Assembly: GCA_023264495.1 (NCBI GenBank)
Contig: JAHFMM010000002.1
Coordinates: forward strand, 21,177-55,974
DNA length: 34,798 nucleotides
Direction: 5' to 3'
Source: a bacterium
Lineage (GTDB): Bacteria > Patescibacteriota > Minisyncoccia > Phycocordibacterales > Phycocordibacteraceae
Shown in pieces: positions 9,260-16,855 of this stretch. The position numbers were made by a program, and so were the translations under genes. The notes under the pieces were generated by a model that saw only the letters and a program-made list of their open reading frames with translations, was not told where the DNA came from and ran no database searches. Position 1 is the stretch's first letter; each line of letters opens with the position of its first letter.

Positions 9260-11227
9260 ATGCAGAAGGAACATTGGGGATTTGATACGCGCGACCTTGA
9301 TGCGAGCGTCCGGCCGCAGGACGATCTGTACCGCTATGCTGGCGGCAACTGGCTGAAGAAGAACGAGATACCGGCGGCTGAATCGCGCTGGGGTACGTTC
9401 ATCATGCTGCGATATGAGACGGAGAAGAAGTTGCAGAATCTTGTTAAGGAGATTGGAGCGACCCGCAGAGTCGCGCTCGGCTCTCCAGAACAGATGGTGC
9501 GCGACCTCTATCGCTCGGGGATGGATATGCGCACTCGCGTGAAGCGCGGATTACAGCCGCTCGCGCCGTACCAGAAGATGATCGAAACTGTTCAGACAAC
9601 CGACGATCTCGTCCGGTGCATCGCGGAGCTGCATACGATCGGCATCGGTGCCGTATGGGATGTCGGCATCGATCAAGACATGAAAGACAGCACGAAGAAT
9701 ATTCTCTACCTGAGCCAGGGCGGGCTCGGCATGCCGGACCGCGACTATTATCTAAACGATGATGCGGAGTCGCGGCGCGTGCGTACCGCGTACCGCCCGC
9801 ATGTCGCGCGTATGCTCACGCTCACCGGAATGACGAAGACAGAAGCGGCAGCTGCGGCAGAAACGGTGTTTACCATCGAATACAAACTCGCACAAGCCTC
9901 GATGAGGAAGGAGGATGCGCGCGACATGGACAAGATCTATCACAAGAAGACGGTTGCCGGGCTCGCTCGCATAGCGCCAAAGATCGCATGGAAGAAATAT
10001 TTCTCTCTCATCGGGGCCGGCAAGCCATCTTCGCTCATCGTGTGCCAGCCGGATTTCTTTGCCGCTGTAGGACGAGAGATGGCGGAGCTCTCAATAGCTC
10101 AGTGGCGCACCTATCTTTCGTGGCACCTGCTCGCAAGCTTTGCAAGCTTCCTTACTCCCGAGATCGAGAAGCAAAACTTCAGATTCTACGGCACGGTAAT
10201 GGCCGGCGTGAAGACGATGCGCCCGCCTTGGCGGCGCGTCCTCTCAGTAACCAATGCCGGCCTCGGGGAACTTATTGGCAAGGTGTATGTCGCAAGATAT
10301 TTTACTCCTGAGACGAAACGCCGCGTGAATGCGATGGTTGACGACATAAGTGTCGCGTATGAAGCGCGTCTCAGGCGGCTTGGCTGGATGAGTCCGGCAA
10401 CCAAGAAGCAGGCGCTCAAGAAATTACATAGCATGATACGGAAGATCGGCTACCCTGCGCGCTGGAAGTCGTATACAGGGCTCCGCATCACGCAAAACGA
10501 TTACGCAGGAAACGTATTGCGCACGACCCGTTTTGAACATCGCCGCGCGATGCGCAAACTCACGAAACCGGTTAACCGAAGCGAGTGGTATATGAACCCG
10601 CAATCGGTCAATGCCTACTACAGTTTCGGGTTGAACGATATCGTCTTCCCCGCCGCCATCCTGCAACCGCCATTCTTCGATCCTGCCGCTGACGATGCGG
10701 TGAATTACGGCGCGATAGGTATGACGATCGGCCATGAGATGACGCACGGCTTTGATGATCAAGGATCGAAGTTTGATGCGCAGGGCAATATGAAAAACTG
10801 GTGGACCGTCACCGACCGCAAACGTTTTATGCAGAAGGCACAGCCTCTTATAAAACAATTTAATACCTACACCGTCGCGCATGGCGTCCGCGTGAATGGC
10901 AAGCTCACGCTCGGCGAGAATATCGCCGACCTCGGCGGACTCTCGATTGCCTATGATGCCTACCAGCGCTGTCTCGCGCGCACGGGGCGCCGCGATATAG
11001 GCGGCTTCACGCCCGAGCAACGATTCTTCCTCGGCTTCACGCTCTTCGAACGCGAGAAGGCGCGGCCCGAGATCGAGAAGATGCTCGCGATCAACGATCC
11101 TCACTCACCAGCGGTCTTCCGCATCAATGGCCCCGTCTCAAACCTCCCCGAGTTCTATGCTGCCTTCGGCGTGAAGAAGGGCGACAAGCTCTACCGCGCC
11201 CCTAAAGACCGCATCAAGATCTGGTAA
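9260..11227 (+). CDS. M13 family zinc metallopeptidase (PepO/neprilysin-like), no signal peptide
   Basis: QGGLGMPDRDYY, VNAYY, FPAAILQPPFF, GHEMTHGFDDQG (HExxH), GENIADLGG, DPHSP. Confidence 0.96.
   Translation: MQKEHWGFDTRDLDASVRPQDDLYRYAGGNWLKKNEIPAAESRWGTFIMLRYETEKKLQNLVKEIGATRRVALGSPEQMVRDLYRSGMDMRTRVKRGLQPLAPYQKMIETVQTTDDLVRCIAELHTIGIGAVWDVGIDQDMKDSTKNILYLSQGGLGMPDRDYYLNDDAESRRVRTAYRPHVARMLTLTGMTKTEAAAAAETVFTIEYKLAQASMRKEDARDMDKIYHKKTVAGLARIAPKIAWKKYFSLIGAGKPSSLIVCQPDFFAAVGREMAELSIAQWRTYLSWHLLASFASFLTPEIEKQNFRFYGTVMAGVKTMRPPWRRVLSVTNAGLGELIGKVYVARYFTPETKRRVNAMVDDISVAYEARLRRLGWMSPATKKQALKKLHSMIRKIGYPARWKSYTGLRITQNDYAGNVLRTTRFEHRRAMRKLTKPVNRSEWYMNPQSVNAYYSFGLNDIVFPAAILQPPFFDPAADDAVNYGAIGMTIGHEMTHGFDDQGSKFDAQGNMKNWWTVTDRKRFMQKAQPLIKQFNTYTVAHGVRVNGKLTLGENIADLGGLSIAYDAYQRCLARTGRRDIGGFTPEQRFFLGFTLFEREKARPEIEKMLAINDPHSPAVFRINGPVSNLPEFYAAFGVKKGDKLYRAPKDRIKIW
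11204..11227 (+). repeat. 24-bp direct repeat, copy 1 (last 8 codons of the M13 peptidase gene)
   Basis: aaagaccgcatcaagatctggtaa, identical to 13586-13609. Confidence 0.97.
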
Positions 11228-11286
11228 AAGAAAACGCCACCCGCAGCCGAAGCGTTGGGTGGCAGTTGAAGATGGAGTATGGGGAT
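11226..11286 (-). terminator. Cassette 3' module and terminator, purH-like copy
   Basis: After TGA: atccccatactccatcttcaact-gccaccc...gggtggc-gttttctttt; homologous to 12014-12063. Confidence 0.75.
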
Positions 11287-11877
11287 TCAGTTGCTGCTAT
11301 ACAGATACGCCGATGAAATCTGACAGTACCGTGCGACAACTGCTTCTGCCATAGCGGCGTATTGAGATACGAACTTCTTTGCCTGTGTCGGATCAACCGC
11401 CCCACGTTCGACATCATAGATGTGGCGTAACACTTCGTCGAGTTGATCATTGGAGCTGACCACAATCCGCCGTCCTTTTGCTGCAGAACGGAGCATCGTC
11501 GGTCCGCCAATATCAGTCTTCGCACGAACTGATTCAGGAGTGTGATCCAGTTTCGCGATTTCTTCCTTGAGTGGGTAGAGATCAACGTATACCAGATCAA
11601 TGCGTGGGATACCGATACGGTTGAGCTCCTCCTGCTCCTCGGGTGAATCATCGGCGAGAAGAGCGGCATGCACCTCGCGCGACAAGGTCACAACTTTGTG
11701 CCCAAGGATCGGTTGGCCGACGATCTCGGCAACGTCCTGAATCGGTATTCCGTGTTCCGTAAGATGTTTTGCCGTACCCGCTGAACCAAGCAGGTGCCAT
11801 CCCAGTTGGTGAAGGCTTCTTGCGAAGTCCGCCAAGCCTGTCTTATCGTAGGCCGATAGTAACGCTGTCTTCCTCAT
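11287..11877 (-). CDS. Stand-alone PurH N-terminal (IMP cyclohydrolase/MGS-like) domain protein
   Basis: ALLSAYDKTGL, GTAKHL, IDLVYVDLYP, DIGGPTMLRSAAK; it ends at 196 aa with no AICAR transformylase domain. Confidence 0.85.
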   Translation of the reverse strand: MRKTALLSAYDKTGLADFARSLHQLGWHLLGSAGTAKHLTEHGIPIQDVAEIVGQPILGHKVVTLSREVHAALLADDSPEEQEELNRIGIPRIDLVYVDLYPLKEEIAKLDHTPESVRAKTDIGGPTMLRSAAKGRRIVVSSNDQLDEVLRHIYDVERGAVDPTQAKKFVSQYAAMAEAVVARYCQISSAYLYSSN

Positions 11878-11932
11878 GGTATTTCCCCCATTCGTATTTC
11901 AGAAACGCCGGATGGCACTCCTGTACATCTGG

Positions 11933-12008
11933 GCGGATAGTACCTAACTTTTTCAACTCACACAAGCCAGCGAGGCGAGGCCTTGATATCAAGGCCTCGC
12001 CTCGCTGG
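11933..12008 (-). promoter_or_regulatory. Cassette 5' module, copy A: 42-bp perfect palindrome plus promoter TTGTGT-N17-TACTAT
   Basis: 11933-12007 matches 13506-13580 at 74 of 75 nt; palindrome 11967-12008; -35 at 11960-11965; -10 at 11937-11942. Confidence 0.85.
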
Positions 12009-12013
12009 GTTTG

Positions 12014-12063
12014 AAAAACTAACGCCACCGGGGAGGTGGCGTTGGAGGGTGGAGCATGGGGAT
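12014..12063 (-). terminator. Cassette 3' module and terminator, thrC copy
   Basis: After TGA: atccccatgctccaccctcc-aacgccacc-tcccc-ggtggcgtt-agttttt. Confidence 0.75.
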
Positions 12064-13449
12064 TCAGACATGCTCCATAATGTACTGCTTGATTACCGCC
12101 GGGTCTGCTGGCACGCGCGTGATGTGCTCTGGCAGGGTGCCGAACATCTCATACCCTTTCGGGATAGGAGGTTCGACCTCAAGCGCCTCACGGATAGTAT
12201 CGGCAAATTTCGCCGGATGAGCCGTTTCTGCGACGATGAGTGGCACATCCGTATGTGTGTACTGGTAGTCGAATGCCACCTTCATCCCCACGGCGGTGTG
12301 CGGGTCTATGGTTGCGCCATATCCCGTGTATACCGTGCGAATCGTACGGATGACTTCTTCGTCGGTTGCCGAGCCAGAACAGAATCCGTCCAAGGATTGG
12401 CTTTTGTCGCTCATCACGAATCTTCCTATGAGCTGAAGCGTATCCAAGAGAAGCCGGAGACGGTATGCATCGCGATCGACACAGTCGAACATGAGCCGTT
12501 CGAAGTTCGATGCCGAGGCGATATCCATCGACGGGCTGGAGGTGATCTTCACATCATCTCCCGCACGTATGCGGTAGAAACCATAACGGAAGAATTCGTG
12601 CAACACGTCGTTTTCATTCGTTGCAACGATGATATTCCTTATCGGGAATCCCATCCGCTTGGCAATGTACGCCGACAATGCATTGCCGAAGTTGCCCGAA
12701 GGCACCGACACGTCAATCACGTCTCCCGGTTTCTTGGTCGCTTGCAATGAAGCATATGCCCAATACACCACCTGTGCCGCGATGCGGGCCCAATTGATCG
12801 AGTTTACGGCACCGATCCGATGCTTCTCCTTGAAGCAGGCATCAGCATTCACTGCCTTCACTATCGCTTGGCAGTCATCGAAGTTTCCGTCTACCACGAG
12901 GTTGTGGATTGATGGATCGTTCAAGCTGTACATCTGCTGCTGTTGGAACCTGCTCATACGGCCATACGGAGAGAGCATGAAGACTTGCATGCCTTCTCTC
13001 CCCCTGTACGCATATTCAGCGGCCGAACCCGTATCGCCAGACGTTGCGCCGAGAATATTGAGCTTCTCGTCCTTCTCGCGCAGCACGTACTCCATCAAGC
13101 GGCCGAGCAATTGCAATGCCTGATCTTTGAATGAAAGCGTAGGACCATTCGAAAGGGCAAGCAACGCAAGGTCTTCGTCCAACCACTTGAGATGTGGAGC
13201 CATATTTGGTGTATAGGTTCTTGCAATGATCTTGTTCAGCTCAACCGTGGGGATATCGTCGATGAAATCCGCAAGGATGATCTGTGCGGCCTGGGTGTAA
13301 TTCAGGCCACGCATAGTATCTATCGTGCCCTCATGGTATTGCGGGTATTCTTCAGGAACGAACAGTCCGCCGTCAGGCGCGAGGCCTGCGAGCAGAACAT
13401 CCTTGAAACTTTGGGGCGGCGTAAGGCCGCGAGTCGATACATATCGCAT
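12064..13449 (-). CDS. thrC: Threonine synthase
   Basis: MRYVSTRG, GLAPDGGLFVP, GPTLSFKD (PLP lysine), ATSGDTGSAA, NSINWARI, VPSGNFGN, SPSMDI, ETAHPAKF; SD GAGGAG. Confidence 0.96.
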   Translation of the reverse strand: MRYVSTRGLTPPQSFKDVLLAGLAPDGGLFVPEEYPQYHEGTIDTMRGLNYTQAAQIILADFIDDIPTVELNKIIARTYTPNMAPHLKWLDEDLALLALSNGPTLSFKDQALQLLGRLMEYVLREKDEKLNILGATSGDTGSAAEYAYRGREGMQVFMLSPYGRMSRFQQQQMYSLNDPSIHNLVVDGNFDDCQAIVKAVNADACFKEKHRIGAVNSINWARIAAQVVYWAYASLQATKKPGDVIDVSVPSGNFGNALSAYIAKRMGFPIRNIIVATNENDVLHEFFRYGFYRIRAGDDVKITSSPSMDIASASNFERLMFDCVDRDAYRLRLLLDTLQLIGRFVMSDKSQSLDGFCSGSATDEEVIRTIRTVYTGYGATIDPHTAVGMKVAFDYQYTHTDVPLIVAETAHPAKFADTIREALEVEPPIPKGYEMFGTLPEHITRVPADPAVIKQYIMEHV

Positions 13450-13505
13450 AATCCATACTCCTCAAGTCATTTCAGGAACGCGGGATCGCGTTCCTGTACA
13501 TCCAT

Positions 13506-13580
13506 GCGGATAGTACCTAACTTTTTCAACTCACACAAGCCAGCGAGGCGAGGCCTTGATATCGAGGCCTCGCCTCGCTG
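13506..13580 (-). promoter_or_regulatory. Cassette 5' module, copy B: palindrome plus promoter
   Basis: Near-identical to 11933-12007, with a single a/g difference in the palindrome. Confidence 0.85.
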
Positions 13581-13585
13581 AGTTC

Positions 13586-13609
13586 AAAGACCGCATCAAG
13601 ATCTGGTAA
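13586..13609 (+). repeat. 24-bp direct repeat, copy 2
   Basis: aaagaccgcatcaagatctggtaa, identical to 11204-11227. Confidence 0.97.
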
Positions 13610-13634
13610 GTATATACATATATGTACGCTTAGG

Positions 13635-14324
13635 CTAAAGCCAATCAATCGGGCTTTTGCCGTGGGCGGTGAGATAATCGTTTGCCTGGCTGAAGTGCTT
13701 GCAACCGAAGAAGCCGGAATGTGCTGAAAGGGGCGAGGGGTGCGAAGCTTCAAGAACAAGATGCTTCGAGCGGTCTATGTGCGCTCCCTTAGTGCGGGCG
13801 TAGTTTCCCCACAGCATGAAGACAAGATGTTCGCGCTTCTCGGAGAGCGCGCGGATCACCGCATCGGTAAATATTTCCCACCCGCGACCCTGATGCGAGC
13901 CGGCGGCGTGCGCACGAACGGTAAGCGTTGCGTTGAGGAGAAGGACGCCCTGCTTCGCCCATCGCGTCAAATCTCCATCGGTGTGTACGAGCGCCTGTCT
14001 GCCAGCAGGCAGAGCTTGTCCGAGGTCAGTTTCGATTTCTTTGAAGATATTCTGGAGCGATGGCGGGACTCGGACATCTTCTTGCACTGCAAAGGCGAGG
14101 CCATTCGCTTGTCCGGCGCCGTGATACGGGTCTTGTCCGAGAATAACGACCTTCACAGCATCAAACGGACAAAGATCAAAAGTGCGGAAGATATTTTTCG
14201 GCGCCGGATAAACGATAGTTTCTTTGTATTCCTTCTTTACGAAGGCAGTGAGCTCAGTGAAATAGGGTTGCGAAAATGTGTCTCTCAATTCCCTTTTCCA
14301 TGACGACTCGATAACAACGTTCAT
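13635..14324 (-). CDS. ung: Uracil-DNA glycosylase (family 1)
   Basis: VVILGQDPYHG, PPSLQNI, QGVLLLNATLTV, HPSPLSA. Confidence 0.97.
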   Translation of the reverse strand: MNVVIESSWKRELRDTFSQPYFTELTAFVKKEYKETIVYPAPKNIFRTFDLCPFDAVKVVILGQDPYHGAGQANGLAFAVQEDVRVPPSLQNIFKEIETDLGQALPAGRQALVHTDGDLTRWAKQGVLLLNATLTVRAHAAGSHQGRGWEIFTDAVIRALSEKREHLVFMLWGNYARTKGAHIDRSKHLVLEASHPSPLSAHSGFFGCKHFSQANDYLTAHGKSPIDWL

Positions 14325-15103
14325 TTCTGCTGCTCGCGATGGAGTTCGAGGAGTTTCTTCCCCGCATGTTCACGGTAGGGGCAATATTCACACCGCTCTC
14401 CGCTCGCAGGAATATGATCAGATATGAGGCATGCTTTCAATTTCTGTAAGGCTCCAAATATCCATGCGTCATCGCCATCATATGGGAGAATGGTAATATC
14501 AAATTCCAGTTTGCCGTCAAAGGCTTCTTTGTCATTTCGGCCGTTCGCGTAGACGAAATAAGCGGTTGGTGAGACGGTAAAGCCATTTTGCCGGAAGAGC
14601 CATTGATAAATCTCGACTTGCCGCTTGTATTGGATCTTCCACTCGTCATCGAGCGTTATCTCCTTCTTCCCGGCGGTGGCTTTGTAGTCAACGATATGGA
14701 GTTCGCCAGCCGAGTTCACCCACACATCGTCGATGCCGCCACGGAGAGCGATATTCGTCTCAGGATCGTGGTACTTGATGCCGCGCCGCAGCGCATCGCG
14801 CCATTCTTCAAGCCGTTCGTGCGCATACGGGATCGCGTCGATGCCGTAACGCTTCATGAGCGGATGCGCCTCGCCTTTCGCGCGGCGGACATCAAACTCC
14901 CGCTTGAAGAGCACGTCGACCGCGTTATTGAGGGTGAAAGGCGGCGTGTCAGGCCGGCCGATGCCGTGACGTGCTTCTATCCAGAAGCAGCGCGGGCATT
15001 CGAGAAACCGATCAAGCTTCGACCGAGAGATAGTATACGGTTCGTTTGAAGCAGGATCGAATCTCACTCGCACCCCTTTCAGTTTGTATCCGGCGAAGGG
15101 CAT
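14321..15103 (-). CDS. PD-(D/E)XK nuclease family protein (RecB/Cas4-like, 4 Cys)
   Basis: SRSKLDRFLECPRCF, GGIDD...IVDYK, QVEIY, CEYCPY. Confidence 0.85.
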   Translation of the reverse strand: MPFAGYKLKGVRVRFDPASNEPYTISRSKLDRFLECPRCFWIEARHGIGRPDTPPFTLNNAVDVLFKREFDVRRAKGEAHPLMKRYGIDAIPYAHERLEEWRDALRRGIKYHDPETNIALRGGIDDVWVNSAGELHIVDYKATAGKKEITLDDEWKIQYKRQVEIYQWLFRQNGFTVSPTAYFVYANGRNDKEAFDGKLEFDITILPYDGDDAWIFGALQKLKACLISDHIPASGERCEYCPYREHAGKKLLELHREQQK

Positions 15104-15105
15104 GA

Positions 15106-15582
15106 TTAGTCGGTCGTGGTGAAGTGCGCGATGGCCGGACGGCTTGTCATGAAGTCGATATAGACACTGTCACTTGAGAGATCGAAAACGTTGTCGCCGT
15201 CATCACGATACAGTTCCACTGCATAGGTGAGTCCCGGTTCGGTTGCACGAAGGAGAGAGACGGTGAATTGGCTCCGCGGACCTGTTGCGCGAGCCGCACC
15301 AAGCACATTGCCGAGCATGTCGCCATTCATCTCGCGGACCGCAATCCAGACTCCCGGCGGCGGTACGGTAACCGACTCAATAGCGACAGCAGATCCCGCC
15401 GGCTGATTGGCAACGGAAACGGCCCCGCTCTCAGAGGATTGCTGCGATTCGTTTGCTGATATGTTCTGAGGAAGTTGAGAAAACAGCGAGAAAGATGTCC
15501 CGTCAAGGAACCATGCCCCCGCAAGAAGCATGCCGAGCATAGTACCGGCGACAAACGAGTATAGGGAGAAGCTCTTTGTCAT
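15106..15582 (-). CDS. Hypothetical exported or membrane-anchored protein
   Basis: N-terminal hydrophobic segment followed by a beta-rich domain (GVWIAV, GNVLGAA, LYRDDGDNVFD); ATGA-coupled within the operon. Confidence 0.75.
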   Translation of the reverse strand: MTKSFSLYSFVAGTMLGMLLAGAWFLDGTSFSLFSQLPQNISANESQQSSESGAVSVANQPAGSAVAIESVTVPPPGVWIAVREMNGDMLGNVLGAARATGPRSQFTVSLLRATEPGLTYAVELYRDDGDNVFDLSSDSVYIDFMTSRPAIAHFTTTD

Positions 15583-16448
15583 ACCGACATACTACTATGA
15601 ACAATGTCTGGAAGCGACAAGAGCCCGTCTGCCTCAGCAAGGAGCTCCCCGACCCGCTCCGGCGAGAGATGCAGCAGGTCGAGCTTCCTCCGATCCTTCA
15701 GGATCTCATCTACCGCAATGACGCCAGCATCAACTAAGAGATGTTTCTCCGCTCCCGATATCCCAGTCAAGGTTGTTATGGGATACACTTTCGCACGGCT
15801 CATACGGATGAGGAGTGATTCGTGATGCGGGTACCCCCATCCGAGGAGCTCAACGCCGGCGCACTCGGCGTACGCGATCGCTTCAGAAGTGAATTTCGTA
15901 TTCGTGATCAGGATGCCGCGGTCGATCGGACATGCGCGACTATCTGATGCGCACGAGAAAATATCGTCGAACCGGCTCTTCACATACAGCGCGACCTTGA
16001 GGTCAGTCTTATAATTCGGATCGTTATGGTACTTGAGTTCAGCCGCAAGGAACATGTTTTGCTCGGGATGCGATGCATAAAAATCAACTTCGTGTGTTAC
16101 GCATGCTCCGCGCATCATCTTGCGGGTCTCAACCTGCCACCCTTCGGCCCGATAGAGATGAGAGATGAAATCTTCGAAAGGGTGTCCTGACGGCCCGAAC
16201 TCAAGAAGCGCGCGGCGGAGCAGGTAACGGGCGGCAACCGGACGTGCCTCTTTGCGCAGGAGGGTGAAAGCGCGGCGATAGATCTCTCGAGAGGACGTAC
16301 CCGGGACAATGGTCGCAGCGACCGCTTCAGTGATGCGCTCGGCGGTGTGCTGACCGGCACCTGCTTGCTCAAGCGAGATGGTGAGTCGCATTGGGTTGAA
16401 TGGCTGGTGCGATCCGTCACCGGTAACGATGTCGGGTGTCGGTATCAT
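15579..16448 (-). CDS. ATP-cone domain fused to a restriction-endonuclease-like (Mrr-type) domain
   Basis: N-terminal GDGSHQPFNP...SLEQAGA (degenerate ATP cone); GHPFEDFI, HEVD, AELKYHN, LITNTKFTSEAIAYAEC. Confidence 0.75.
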   Translation of the reverse strand: MIPTPDIVTGDGSHQPFNPMRLTISLEQAGAGQHTAERITEAVAATIVPGTSSREIYRRAFTLLRKEARPVAARYLLRRALLEFGPSGHPFEDFISHLYRAEGWQVETRKMMRGACVTHEVDFYASHPEQNMFLAAELKYHNDPNYKTDLKVALYVKSRFDDIFSCASDSRACPIDRGILITNTKFTSEAIAYAECAGVELLGWGYPHHESLLIRMSRAKVYPITTLTGISGAEKHLLVDAGVIAVDEILKDRRKLDLLHLSPERVGELLAEADGLLSLPDIVHSSMSV

Positions 16449-16855
16449 GGCGTCGTTGTCGCGACACGCTCATTCACGCTCACATCGATGGGGAGATGCG
16501 CCGGCGCCTCGATGCTTGTCGTGAATGGAAGAATGGCCACTCGCTTTAGGCAGACGCCAGTCGTATCGGGCATCGAGAGCGCTACCACGATGCGTTCGGT
16601 GCTTGAAGCGTTTCCCGCAAGAGTTGCTGTTGCGGTAATTGAGGCGCAGGCATCTGGCGCGCGCACTGTCCCGGTAATCGTGTGGACACCCTTCTTGAAG
16701 CTGTCGCTCAGTCTGACTTCTGGCATCAATGCTGTTGTGGTCTCAGGAGAGCGTGTGAGCGGGACCTCGTGCGTATGTGGCACCAAGAAGATAAAGCTCG
16801 CGAGGATAATGATGGCGATAATAGTCGCAGCAGCCCAAAGACGCGAAGAATTCAT
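16445..16855 (-). CDS. Hypothetical membrane-anchored protein
   Basis: N-terminal TM helix and two Cys; ATGA overlaps with both neighbours. Confidence 0.7.
   Translation of the reverse strand: MNSSRLWAAATIIAIIILASFIFLVPHTHEVPLTRSPETTTALMPEVRLSDSFKKGVHTITGTVRAPDACASITATATLAGNASSTERIVVALSMPDTTGVCLKRVAILPFTTSIEAPAHLPIDVSVNERVATTTP

Larger units (their letters stand above)
11228..13609 (-). mobile_element. Putative integrated two-cassette element (thrC + purH-like) without a recombinase
   Basis: Bounded by a 24-bp direct repeat and composed of two units that share 5' and 3' non-coding modules. Confidence 0.75.

Noticed and set aside
12014-12050. Integron attC-like AAC...GTT boxes after thrC
   Set aside because: Too short for attC, poor match to RYYYAAC/GTTRRRY, no intI in the window, and the cassettes carry their own promoters; it fits a terminator.
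14321-15103. Cas4 or CRISPR association
   Set aside because: No repeat-spacer array and no other cas genes; stand-alone PD-(D/E)XK proteins are common.
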